Under the pieces are notes generated by a model that was not told where the DNA came from, did not search any database, and saw only the letters and a program-made list of their open reading frames with translations. Positions 35,373 to 48,646 of a stretch of DNA of 64,000 bases are shown here, one piece after another. Positions within the stretch are counted from its first letter, which is position 1, and each line of letters opens with the position of its first letter. Origin of the DNA: Marsupella aquatica (taxonomy: Eukaryota > Plantae > Marchantiophyta); NCBI GenBank assembly GCA_973895155.1, contig OZ316897.1, positions 22,047,455-22,111,454 on the forward strand, read 5' to 3'. Both the position numbers and the translations under genes were made by a program.

Positions 35373-38300
35373 GAGAGAGAAAGCATGATGGAATAATCAC
35401 ATGCATCCTGGGCCCCGTGATTGTGGAGTCTTAGTGGCTGTCCAGCCAGGAAATTCTCGTGAGTCAGAACAGGTACTTTGAGGCCAAGCAGTACTGAATA
35501 CTACTCACTAAACAGAATTTGTGTGATGTTTTTCTCGGAGTTTTTCTCCATTTGACGGTAGTGAACTTCTTGTACGTAATTAAAAAGTAGGACCGAAGCT
35601 CCACAGCTCTTGCACGTACACGGAAATTATTGATTCTCAGCTGTCTTCGTCCACCACCTACCTACCATGGGCTCGACGCCCACTTTTTATTCAAGTATTC
35701 TCCCTTCGTCTCGACATGTTCAAAAAGTCTCGGGCCACCTATAATGAGGAGTCACTTCCAGGGAGGCAGGCAGCTAGACGAGAGAGCTAACATTCAAGTA
35801 TCCAAATAGACAACTGCTTACTCGATTTCTCTGTCTGTAATCAGCTCAGCTACGACGCCGCTCAGCTCCCTTCATTTATGAACTTCGGGATTGAGCTCGC
35901 CTTGTCGGATTTGAGATGTCCTGCTTGATCTCTTTCTAGCTGCCAACCGGTCTTTCTCTATTTTTTCTGCCTTGAGCAATCAGATCGACATGTCTTTCTC
36001 CCCACTTTTGCAATTCTCGATGAAGTTGACCCTTCTTTATCTTGGGCACCCACCTCCAATCCTCCATCCTCACAAAATCCCTCTGCCCTGCCTTGTTGGT
36101 GGTCTCTTTCGCAACAGGTTTGCCTTTTCTCAAGCATTTTTATATCGTCCCCGTTTGTCTGTCGACATCCACATTCAGGGGGGAGTGAGGGCGCAAATGG
36201 AACCTTTTCTGCTCTCCCCGGCTGCAGAGGGGTCTTCTTAGCGCTGAGAGATGGGACACCATTGCAAAGTCTCATGGAACCCTTATCCTGTGTTCCACCC
36301 TTAAACCACCACTACTGTTTTTCCCCAACACAAGGCCTGGGTGAATAGTGAACCAAGGGGCGCTCTATTCGAATATAGCATCCAGGGCGTTGTGTCGGAG
36401 TTTGAAGTCAATGTTTTCATTTTTTGGACTTGTGGCGGGGTGTTCAAAGTGTGGCGTTGTGTTCAAAATGTGGTGTTGTGTTCAAATTTAAGATAATGTG
36501 CTTGCATTTTGGCATTGTGAGATACATGTAGGGTGTAAGTAGGAATGATAGGCATAGAAGTTATTTGTATTAGAGAGGAGTGTGTTCAAGTTTAGGTTTT
36601 TTGACTTCCCAACAATATTTGCTCAGGTCAAGGGATGTGTAGTGTCACACCATTCTAGGTAGTGTTAGAGTGTATCATACTATCTAGATCCGTATGTTTG
36701 GTATGTGTGCTATATGAGCTGATAAGGTTCCATTAGATTTGTGTGAGAGGGTAGTTGTCTCTTGTGAGGCATTGAAAGGTTATCTTTCAATGTTGAGCCT
36801 TGGATATGGGAGCTTGTGTGGTGGCTATGGTGGCTGAGAGCTCTCTCTATGTAGCGTGGATTCCTTGAGTGCAAGGTGCATTGGCTCGACATACATGTGT
36901 GATCAGATCGGTGCCGGATCGATGGGGTATTGTTGGCGTCGATCGTTTGTTCAGATTCTATTGAGATTATTGTGGGTTTTGGACATGTGTGGACATGAGT
37001 TCCACTTGTATTTCATTCTCTTGTGTTTGTGACGTGGCAGTGTGACTATGTCTGGATGTATGTGACAAGCGATGTATGTTGTGTAGCGATGTGTATGCGC
37101 ACAACAGTAGCTAAATAATTGAACCACAGGCCAAAGGATGTGTAGCTAAATAATTGAACCACTGACATTACACGAGGGGAGAAATCAAATTTGCAATAGA
37201 AAACAAAACCTGACAAACCATAGGTACCAAGTGTACTATTATCACTGTCTTAGTAAAACATATTTGGATGTCCACTTTTCACAGTTGTTTGGTCTGTTGT
37301 GCCCAATTTGCTCATTTCTATTATGTAATCTTTCTTCATGCAGTCTAGAATGTTTGTGAGACTGCTTTGTTTCTATTGGAGTGCCTCGATCTTGAGGGCA
37401 ATGGAAAATTGGAAATAGAGAAAGTGAGTCGTCAGACCTAATTATGCACGTAGGCACTATGGGTTTCTTTGACAAGATGCCATGGCGTCAGTCAGAGGTT
37501 GATGTGACCGTCCGTTAAAAGTTCACACAGCAAAAGAATATATTGATACTTCCGGATTGTTGCTTAACATTTTGGAAACAACGCACATTTCTCCTAGAAT
37601 GAAGCATTTTAAAATTAGCTTACATTCTCAAAGGACGATGGATATCGTAAGTTGAAAGAGCTGATGTGTTGGACGATTTTAAGTAACGTATTGTAGTTCC
37701 AACCTGGTTACCTTTCTCCCATAGTCACTTGTGCACATTTTTGAACACAAAGTCTATTTCAAACAAGCGTTGTGTTAATATGGTGTTGTGCTTGAGTCAA
37801 AACGTCTTTTTTGCCTAAAGTCCATGTTTTGACCATATTTGAATTCAAGGGAAGACAGTAGCCATGACAAAACATTGATCCACTAGGTTTCACCATAAAT
37901 AGTACAATTTTCCTGAACTTTTGGAACTAAATGGTGGAGACGAGAAGAATGAAGGACATGTGAGAAAGGGAGAAATCTTGGACACTTCCCTATTTATAGG
38001 ACTGTCTAGTGGCAATGTACATTCCTGTGTGGTTTTGGCTGTTTTGCTCTATCAGTTGGATAGGGGCTTTGCTCTATATTAGCCACCCCAAAGGAGTTGA
38101 ATGTCTTCCATGCTCATTGGAATATATACAAAGGTTTAATTCCTGGTATATGTGTTAACATATATCAGTGCACACGGTTCAAGCAATAATTATCTGGCAG
38201 GGAGTAAGCAATGACAGCCATAAATGACTTTCCAGGGCCCAGAATTGGTTGTGGACAGTGGTTGACTACACAACATTTGCACTAATCCAAAGCTGTCATA

Positions 38301-38562
38301 ATCAATTTGTGCCAATCAGAAGCTGTCCAAGGCTACATACATCTACACTCTATAGTATGCAATCATGCCTTTTGGAGAGAGCTCATTATGACTGTTGGAT
38401 TTAAACCTCGAATTTTGCCAGCCATGAGATTTGGTGGAAAGGCAGCATAGTAAAGAGCAATATATCCTAGCTTGGGGATATATGTGCATCCATCCACACC
38501 TAGACCCGTGTAGTCACTAATATTCATAAAAACATTCCAATCTCAAGGTCATTTGACATTGA

Positions 38563-38916
38563 TGTTGAGCATAGACGATAATCGCAACGATAAGCACATG
38601 ACACATCCAACATGCAAGTAGTCAACACGCAAGTAGTCAAGGAGATACGTGGTTCACCTCCTCGAGGCTACGTCCACGGGAACACACAAGAGAGCTTTAC
38701 TGAACTCTAAGCCCGTCGGCCATACCAAGTTTCCACAGTGTAAGCTCTCCTCATCTCTCAAGTGGCCCCATAACAATGAGCCTAAGTTTCACTTATCCAA
38801 GCAAACATCGTTTGGCATATAGTGTGCATCCTAGTTAACCTAATCACGTCTCCGACTATGGTTAGCCTAACTACGGTTACATGTCGTAACCCTAGACCTT
38901 GAGTAAATACCTAACA
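38563..38916. mobile_element. Solo LTR, Ty1/copia-like (354 bp)
   Basis: TGTT…AACA termini, an exact 5-bp TSD ATTGA (38558-38562 and 38917-38921), and the internal TACGTGGTTCACC…GGCTACGTCCACGGG motif typical of plant copia LTRs. Confidence 0.85.
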
Positions 38917-41900
38917 ATTGACAGCTGAGTTGACATGTGGCTATCATGGGTAGGTATGGCTGAAATGACAATCTATAGTAAGTGGGCCCACATTAAATTT
39001 AAAAATTGAAATGATAGAATAATGAAAAGGAATGTCTATTGAAAAGAGAGCATAATCATTATTTGTGTACTCTTTCTATGTGAGGAGATTTTCCAGGTTA
39101 CATTGACCCTAAGCCCTATTTTTTTGGCAACAATTGCATTGATTGACCAATGACACAATGGTTGCAAGCATACAATGGCCATAATGATAAATTGATCGCA
39201 ACAATGAAATGGCCGGAACAATGAAATGTGTGCAATGATAATAGTGCAATGCATGGGCTGGTTTGGCCAAAGAAGCTGGCAAGTGCAAGGGGATTATATA
39301 AGAGCCCATAACTAGTTTATATCAGCATGCTAACCCAGATCTTATTGGTCCCATTTGCTCCAGCCATAAACTATTGCCTTCCTAAATGTTTATCAATGGT
39401 CCCGATGGATGCCAGTGCCAGCCATGTACAGTCTCCCCTATGTCTCCCTCATATGAAGGTAGACATTTAAATAGCTTGGTGAGAACCCAGGTACAAATAT
39501 TTATTTATTTATTTTATGAGAAACCCAAATATTTTGTATGACATGTATCCTGTTCACCTGGGCAGGCAGACAGAGGTCACCGGCGTGATTTTGTTGAGCT
39601 GAAGAATTGTCAGGCATATTCCTGCGATGTAGCAGTAGAGCATCCCATAACATCAAAGTCAGGAATTTTGGAATTCAATTGAAAAAATTAGGGTTGAAGA
39701 GCCCATGACCCTTTCCAGATCATTAATTACCCTACACTTATATATTATGTACAGAATAAAGGACAGAATAAAGGTTAGCTGTGGGTAACCATTTTTAGTC
39801 CAAGCTCCTATGTATGCTCATAATCTGGCCCACAAATATTAAACTGGGTAATCCTTTTGAAGATTGGATTTACATACCATAACCAAGTTTAGGGCAAGGT
39901 TCTACACTAGTGCATCCCTGAGGGCATCTCAAAGTTTGGGTATCTCGAGAGCTGTGTGCAAGATCCGTTGCCTGCTGTTAATGCAAAAGCCTGAGCTAAA
40001 TCATGTGGTTGCCAACCGGTGTACTGCACACTTTGAGTTTGTATCCCGCACAGCAAAATCTCGACGTGACTAAAAATCCTTGTATATTAACGTTTGAGAC
40101 ACCCTACTCTAACCCACCCTGCTACCAGAATTTTCCTAATAATTTGTCATGGGAAGTATGGTCTAGGGTGAAGCCTCTAGAGAGAAACTCATTACAAACA
40201 AAAATGAGTATTAATAAAGACAAAACTTAGAACGATGGTGAACAAAAAACAAGGATGGGGGCAAAATAAAACCCAACATTGACTCTAAATAAAGACAATA
40301 CTGAAATGAGGATGGACTACAAACAAGGACGGGAATGAGGATGGACAACAAACTGGCAAAGATGAACAAAACCAGCATAAAACATTTTGGTGCAATTTAT
40401 TTGTATTCATATCTATTTATTAATAAATAAATATGAATCAGGCGGGTAATCAGGCTAGAGTTTCAAAAAACTGCACTAGTGTTTCAAAAAGCTTCCCAAC
40501 TACCGTGGGTCACATTCCTAAGCAAGGTTAGAGACTAGTAACCCCAACCCAGACATTGGTTATCGTCTACGAAACCCACTCGGGGTCGTGGGTTCCAGGT
40601 CACAACAGACAACATCTCTGAGTCGAATTGTGGTCTTAGCTGCCCACGTTCTCGTCTCCTCTTCCCTTCCTGCGGTGCTGCAAAGCTTCCGTCTCCCTCC
40701 CAATCTTTGGCTCGTCTCAAGATTTCACAATTGGAACGCAGCAAACCATTCACAAACCATTCATGTCTCCGCCAGAAACTTTCAGCCATCACTGTCCCCC
40801 TCGGTTCTCTACCCGTGACAACATTGTGACAACATTGGATATAGTCGTAATTGATGTCGCCCTGGATGGAGTTCTCGTCCTTGTCCGAGCCTCAGCACGT
40901 GGGCTCCAGACTTTGCTCACAGTCGCCATGCCTAGAGCGTTGGGACTCGGAGCACTGCCTTCCGAGCTCTTCATCCTTCTGGAGTGTCGTTGAATATTGC
41001 GGCACTGACATCAGCAATTCGTTGGTGTTTTTCCCTCGACTTCCTTCTCTGCCGTGCCTTCTGCTGATCGTGAACGTAGCTTGAATATATGAGACAAAGA
41101 AAATTAAGTTTTGTACCGCCCCTGGCTTCCAATAACTTCAAGACTTATTCGAAGCACCAAGAAACCGGTGAAACCTCCCCATGTGAACGAAAACTTCTAG
41201 TTTCTGAGGTAGTGAGGTAGTTCAAGAAGGGATTCTGCTGCGGTTCGACTTAGTTTGTCATTCATACAAATCCCTCTCCTGAACCTGGAATCCATTGTAG
41301 CACAAATGTCCCCTGGCCGTTCTTCCATCTTCCGCAAAGCGTAACCACATTGATACAAGTATCAGGTGGCTCTTCGCCAGAATGATGTTCTTGACATGCA
41401 TGTCGTCAATCTGCGTAGAGCTAGCGTTTCGGGTCTTCTTCAAGCTGGAGCTCCTTGCTGGCAGCCACAGCTTTGTTTTTCTAAGAGTGCTTCACCTCAA
41501 ATGTCGCAGTGGATGGTGCAGTTTTACCCGTCTGTGTCGATGGCGTCAAAACCTAATTGTCCTCAAAAGTAGCAAGTCTCACAGTACGTGTTTGGTTGCC
41601 TTAACTCTCAACATATTGTTGCCAAAGGTTGAATCGGGAGATTGTGAATTAAATTGTATGAGAAGCTTACGATTAATGTATGTGCGTGGGTAGCCTTCAT
41701 CGATCGATTAAAGGGATTCAATCAGTGACAAGATGTTCTGGTCGAATAGGCAGCCACCGAACCCAGCTTCAAATTGGTCCCCTGTTTTATATATGCGATG
41801 ATCGATCGTTCCAGAATCCTCACCTTCCGCAGTTCCGCATAGAATGATTGTTCTTGTCACCATAACATGTTAATGATTTAGCTCAACATGTATCGTGACA

Positions 41901-43532
41901 CTATTTCCACCAGCTCAAGATGTTTTAATTCACACCCAATGTGTCCTTATTGCGTGACTATTATCCAACAGGAGGGATTTATTTGATGGGACCCATAATT
42001 GAATTTTGTTACTTGGTAGGACCCTGAGTGATCCAGACCGTTGAACACTCAGACCCTTGAGTGATCCAGACCCGTTATTGACATTTCATTTTGGGGTCCC
42101 ATCAAACAAATCCCTCATTATGTAAGTGACGAGTGCTGCACATTCTTCTACGCCCGCTCTCCCTCGTAATTGTTCAGCAACCTGCCTCAATGTTCCACCA
42201 TCCAGTGCACTTGAGTACAATCTGTGGATTTTGGTGATTTCACCCATCTTACCATTCCAGGTTTTGAGCCTACTTGGCAAGTACCCGCAAGTTAGGACTA
42301 TGGGTCAAGACCCTGCGAACTCTCCTCTTTTGTGTGTGGTTGAGAGGAATTGGCTTAGTATACACTTTAATTAGGCAATGATGTTGGTCACTCTACTCCC
42401 CGTTCTAGTCACAACCTTGGAGGCATAGGTTATTGATATAATTTTGATAAAGATATTAAGCATTTTTTTCCCTTCTTCTACTCTTCATTCAATTCTATCT
42501 AATATTTAATATTTTAAGCCATAAATAAAAATTAATGAATTTCTTTGAAAGTCAAGCCCCGATGGATTGAGGGGTTTGTTTTGTCCATCCTCATGGACTG
42601 TGGCACACACTGTTTCAATTTACACCCAAAATCCTCATTGTTGAGCTATCTCTAGAAGGACGCTGTACTTTGGAGGACGACACCAGATGCAGTTTTTCCT
42701 AGTGTCTCAACAAACTGTGAAATGCTAGTTTTCAGTAAACTTGTGCATGGTCAAACAACTTTTGGATGTTTGTTTTCACTTCAAAATTTTCCAGCATGTT
42801 CTCTGATGTCTATTGCCTGAAAAAAAGTCTCAATTTTTTTCCATTGCTGATGAGTGCAAAGATGGTCAAATGTTATAAACTAACCACCAATGGGCTTTTC
42901 ACTTTATGAACAACACCCTTAGTACGTGGGCATAAGCACCAACTTACTCCATTGGGAAAGGAAACTCCACTTTTATGAAGGACTCCCTGAGTAGTTTGTG
43001 GGATCCGTGACTTACGGCCACCCATATTAATGGAAACTAGCTATGAACGGTCAGGAGGCTAGTTATAGGTCACATATGAGTCAAAACTGTAATGAGTGCT
43101 ATCCGAGCAGATTTTGATCTTCTGAGTCAGTTGATCCCAACTTTGGAAATACATGGGGCTTCACAGCAAACCCCTCTGTCTGTCCAGGCATTACTTTGGA
43201 ATTTCTTCAAAGTTAATTTTTCTTCCATATTTGAAATTCTATCTCCCAAATGTTCACTTTAAAGGTACCATTTCAGCCCCAAAAGTGCAAATTGTATTGC
43301 CCAAATGTCCAACTCCATTCAATGTGCACACCGTTTTAGTAGTTCTTTGTTAGTAGGTGCTTTGATCATGCGCACCATCAGATCCAATAGCTAGATTTTC
43401 TAGTGAGTTTTCAAGTTTTCAAGCTGATGCACCTTGTCTTAGTGTCTGTTTTGGAAATTCTGACTGTCTCAAAACACCAAATGAAAAATCCAATGGCAGG
43501 TGTGGCAGGAAAAACACAATGACAGGATCACA

Positions 43533-43974
43533 TCTTACTATAAAAGCGTCAACTAAAGTCTACTTTCAAGAGCCTAGGTCTAGAGTGAAATCTCTAAAAT
43601 CTACTTTCAAGAGCCTAGGTCTAGAGTGAAACCTCTAGACAGTAACTCCATGGCCATCATGTGCACTCATGACTATGATGTATGTCAACTAAGAAATACA
43701 TTCAAAACATGGGCAAGATCTCCCCACCACAACATACTTACATAGAAAGAAAGATGTGCAAACAAAGAGGGATGTGCATACAATTGAGAATGATATATTA
43801 TATATGACTATTAAAATGATGAGTTTTTTTTATCATTTCATTAACCTTCAAAGAATATGAATAGAGAATATATTTTGGTAACACTTTTATTCTCGCCGCT
43901 ATTCACGTTCAAAGAAGGGTAACACTTTTATTCTCGCCACTATTCATGTTCAAGGAAGGGTTAGTCGGGGCTAG
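43533..43974 (+). mobile_element. Possible non-autonomous Helitron-like element with two internal 41-bp tandem duplications
   Basis: A|TCTTACTATAAAAG start and CTAG|T end. Duplications at 43560-43640 and 43878-43961. The GGTCTAG.GTGAA.CCTCTAGA motif is shared with ~40160. The 3' hairpin is weak. Confidence 0.35.
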
Positions 43975-46461
43975 TTATATTCTACTACTATGCTAGATTA
44001 GATGGGTGGGGTGGGGGCAATTGATAGCCAACCAAGGCCACAAAACTACCTATAACCAATCGTAAGAAAGTGGTCAGATTACTCTTGCTCTGTATTCCTA
44101 CTGAAGTACAGCCAGGAAGAAGAATGAGGGCTATCACTATCATCTAGTACGTTCATTATTTGCCAATGCGAAGGACCTTTCGCATAATTATGCTACAATG
44201 ACATTCACGTGCCCAAAACAACTATTGAAGACACAGTCATGGTGACAGATCCAAATAAATTCATTTTCGCTATTCGACTCTACGATTGAACCAGTTTTGA
44301 ACCACCCAACGTGGTTCCACCTCCTTTCAGTTTTATCTCTGTCAACTGTTCTAAGAATGTCCGACAGAAATTTGACAATTTTCAGTTATTAGAATTCCTC
44401 GCTGTCACAGGAAAGTCTATGAAAACGAGGAACCTCTCCAGAAATCAGGCACTGGTAAGCTCAACAGGCTCACACAGTGTAGAGTTAGACATCTTAATTA
44501 TGAAGGAGCCCATGGATTACGAGCTACGGAGGTTTTTGTAAGAAGGGTAGGTCGACGGAGAGAGTAACGCTCCTTCTGTGCCATGGTGTTTGCCTGTAGA
44601 CCTGTCTGTTGGTCTCACAAGAATGAGGACACTGCATTTAGAACTCTCTTTGAATAGAGACGATTCGTGCACAATCGACTTTCCAGTTTTGAAACGAGCT
44701 GAGAAAATGCAGAACGGAACGTACATGGGAGTGATGCCGACGACAAAATGATGGAATCCACACCCGATCCTGGTTACATACTGTCTCACAATCCCTGTCA
44801 AAAGGGCTGAAGTTAGCTTCCATGGATGGAACAAGCCAGTAACGCAAGCAGCTCGGAGCAGGCTGTAGGAGTGGTCATTTGCAATCCCATTTCTCACCAC
44901 CCCGACTTATGGCAGTCGTTTTCATTCCCTCTGTTGTTTCTTGCTGGCCAGGCCAGTAACGTCTCAACCACCAGAGACTTAGTAGTGGCCACAATCGCCG
45001 ACCACCTTCCAGTACGATTCATTCACACTCCGTCGTCGACTCTCCTACGTACGCCACCCATCATCAATCGATGGTAAAAAAATAGAAAGCTCTCTACATC
45101 ACACTCGTGTGTCGCGGACTCCCACTACAGAGCTGGCGACAAGTATGATAGGGATGAACGAATGCACAGCAGTACTCCCACCACTTCTCTGGTAGCACCA
45201 GCTACGTATGCAGCTTACCACCAGCTCACGTTCTAGGATATTTTACAAAACGGCAGGCTTCCATATAAACGCCTACTGGCACAGCAACATTCCTACCGAG
45301 TCCTATTGCAGCTAGCTACCCAGCTAGCGAGGCATCTGTAGAGCTCAATTTCTGAAAATTTCTGCCGTATGGAGCACTGAGGTGTGCGGAAATCATCCAG
45401 AGCTCAATATCTCTGTAGTTCTGGCTGCTTAGCTCGAGACCTATCTTATCAAGGAGAGGGGGTATTTGAATGAAAATTGGCGTACGAATATAAGGATAGG
45501 TCAACGTCATCGTTGGCGCGCCCTAGTTTGTTGGCTGGAGAAGTTCAGAGGTTGGAAAATCATTCCTGAAGGGAAATCTTCTCTTTCTTCAGGCTGTCGT
45601 TGTTCTTCATGTCTTTCCGAGCTGTTCTGCTTGTTGGGAAATGCATTTGGCTCTTTTGCAGCATGACCAGCATTCCTTTTGTTTTAATGCCCAATCACGA
45701 ATTAGTCCTCATTCAAATGGATATATTTACTAGTTTCTAATTTTGAGAAACCTTTCAATCCAATCAATTCTTGTTTCAGGTAGCTACCTCGAATTTATAT
45801 ATTCATCGATTGATTGATCGATGAATGATTGAATGAGTCTCTTCTTGTTTACTAGCTCGTCACAATTACGATAGGAAGTGAATTTAAAATAGGAGATCAC
45901 TCACTGATGTACGTTTCCTCAAAACCCAGTACATAGACACGGGGTTGGGTATATCGAAATTTCGTGGCCTTTGTCCCTTCGCGACAGTAATTTTTCAGAA
46001 TGTGAGATGTCAGCACATAATGCAGACCGCAGATATGCAAACAAGCTGAAACGTATGGCATTGATCGGGTACCCAGGGATCGGAAGTTTGCCAAATTCGA
46101 TCCGAATACATTTGAGAGGAAGGAATGCCACACCACAAACAAGTTTACAGTATCATTTCCCAGCTCTTATAAGTTCTTGTCCCTTTCGTGTTTGAGTCGA
46201 GAGTAGTGATTTTCCGACGCAGAAGGGCATCCAGTTGTGATTTCCTTTCCCTCGTTGCCAGAATTGGAGTAAACGGTCTTTCATCTATGTTAATTCTTTA
46301 GTGTGCGTACTTCCGGACCGTCAGTGACTGGCGTTATCCTACCTAGCTGCGGCCAGGTAGCAGCGACGTCGAACGAGTTACGGCCGCTAACATTGATAAA
46401 TTCCTGTGCTCTCGAGATGGAAGGGCGAGAACTAACTGGTGAGGGTGTTGCCACTGCAGGA

Positions 46462-48646
46462 ATGAACATTATGTCTCCGATTCGGCCTATGGTAGTGGTC
46501 ATTCTCTCCAGTCTACTTGCGATGCAACCAGTCTCAGGGCAGTTTTTTCACAGTTATTGGAAGCAAGCACATGCAACCTTCTACGGTGGAAGTGATGCTT
46601 CCGGCACGATGGGTATGTATGTTTTTGGTCGACATTATTTCGTTTCAAAGACTTAAATAGGTTGCCTGAAGTCAGGTAAATATGGGGATACACAAATGAT
46701 CAATGCTTCGATTAACTCTTCGAGCATCCTTATTACCTTCAATGAGAAGAGTTCAGGGTTTCGATTGTTAGGTCAGGATTATTTTATACTTTCACGTATG
46801 GTACGGTTTCTTGATTTGTTGAAATGATGATTATGTATATCGCAACGGGTCCCGGCAGTTATATTTTAACGCAATCCCTTTTCATAGCAGGATAGAAAAG
46901 AATAACTTCATGATTACTTTTTTCTGTCGAACATTGAGGTGTCGGGGCTTATGGGTTTGACATGATGGGGTTTCTTGTTCTCGTCTTTGGAAAGCTGTTA
47001 TGGACTTTCTTCGCAAGCAGTTGAAATGTCTCCTGCGTTTACTTTTAGTAGATCTTCGTGGGTTCGTTACTGAGTAACATGATGACTTCAAGGATCACGA
47101 TGATTGCCAATATGGAGTTTTCTGTTGACTGGTAAACTAGTTAGATGGATGGGCCGGTATGGCTTCTTGAGAGGGATAAAGAAGTCTGCAGCTTCTGAAA
47201 AATTAGACATGTCCGTTTTCTGGACCGAGCTCTGGAATGTAACGAGCATAATGTCCTGGACCTTGTATTCCAGGGGGAGCATGTGGCTACGGAAACTTGT
47301 ATAGCCAAGGGTATGGCACTGCCACAGCTGCCCTCAGTACAGTTCTCTTCAACAACGGGCTGAAGTGCGGAGCATGTTTTGAGATGAAGTGTGACAGTTC
47401 AATAGAGCATCAGTGGTGTCGACCAAACGCCGGTTCCATTATCATTACAGCAACCAACCTGTGCCCTCCCAACTGGGCTCACCCGACCAACAATGGAGGC
47501 TGGTGCAATCCTCCGAGGGAGCACTTCGACATGTCTCAACCAGCTTGGGAGCGCATTGGTATCTACAGAGGCGGCATCGTCCCTGTTCTGTACAGAAGGT
47601 ACTAACTTCAAGAAACTCTTCCTCTTGAGAGCAAATTAAAGCTTCTTGAATGTTTGGTACGACATGTTGCTAGCTGACGACCAAAAAAACTGTCAGTTAG
47701 GTTGTCTGTATTAGGTGTGCTGAATTGGAAGGCACAGATACAATGGAACACGGCCCAGTTGGTCAAGATCCTTTCTATGCGTACCACCTTGGCTCACCTC
47801 GAATTCGTCGTACGAAGAAGTTACAGATTCTTCGAGAAAAGAGACATCTTGTACAGATCCACTACATCCTGCAATTTAACGAGACTTTGTAAGCCAGTTA
47901 GGATCTTGTCAATGTGTACTTTAATTCTGGCACAAGTGGACTTTGTAAGCCAGTTAGGATCTTGTCAACATGCTCCACTTGTGCCAGAATTAAAGTTGAG
48001 GAAGGGTATCTTGATAATTATCTTGGTTGTGTAATTAAGTCAGCGATGGTGAATGCTAACCTTTCCATGGTTTAAAGACTGAAGAGAGTCGACTGTCTAT
48101 GAAATAGCGAAAAATTACTACAGTAGGATCCTTCGATTCGTGCTAGTTGGCATCTATGGCAAAGGTAACCTGTTCTGTCTTTCTCAACAAAAACAGTTAA
48201 TCTCCTGAAAGAAAGAGGGACATCAAGATTGGTACTCGTAAACTAATGAACGAGGTATACTTTCAGTCTATAATTTCGTGCTGCTATACGAACGTGAATC
48301 CTGAACGGCTCGTAACATTCTTGAATGCGTGTCATGCAGGGTGCCTTGCTCAAAGAGAGGAGGCGTTCACTTCACCATGAATGGAAACCCTTACTTCAAC
48401 CTTGTCCTCGTCACCAACGTGGGGGGCGCCGGTAATGTGGTCGCTGTTCAAATTAAGGGTTCAAGGCAATCACAGTATCAGCGGATGACACACAACTGGG
48501 GAGAAAACTGGGAGCTGCGGGAGGAGTTACAGGGACAATCCTTGTCTTTCATCATCACCACAGAAGACGGACGATCTCTTACCTCGATCGATGCGGCCGA
48601 GTCTTTCTGGCGATTCGGGCAAACTTTCGAAGGGGATCAGTTTTAA
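46462..48646 (+). CDS. Alpha-expansin (EXPA family), ~260 aa
   Basis: Exons 46462-46612 (signal peptide, [16 protein letters not shown]), 47274-47598 ([38 protein letters not shown]) and 48340-48646 (VPC, NVGGAG, NWG..W, TFEGDQF). The two introns are at the canonical EXPA positions. The start could alternatively be 46417, 46471 or 46489. Confidence 0.95.
47883..47996. repeat. Interlocked 30-bp direct repeat and perfect 23-bp inverted repeat in expansin intron 2
   Basis: GACTTTGTAAGCCAGTTAGGATCTTGTCAA at 47883 and 47939. ACTTTAATTCTGGCACAAGTGGA (47918-47940) is the reverse complement of 47974-47996. Confidence 0.9.

Noticed and set aside
36340-37170. TG-rich stretch with short repeats (GTGTTCAAA, GTAGCTAAATAATTGAACCAC twice), possibly an LTR fragment
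   Set aside because: No termini, TSD or coding remnants could be defined.
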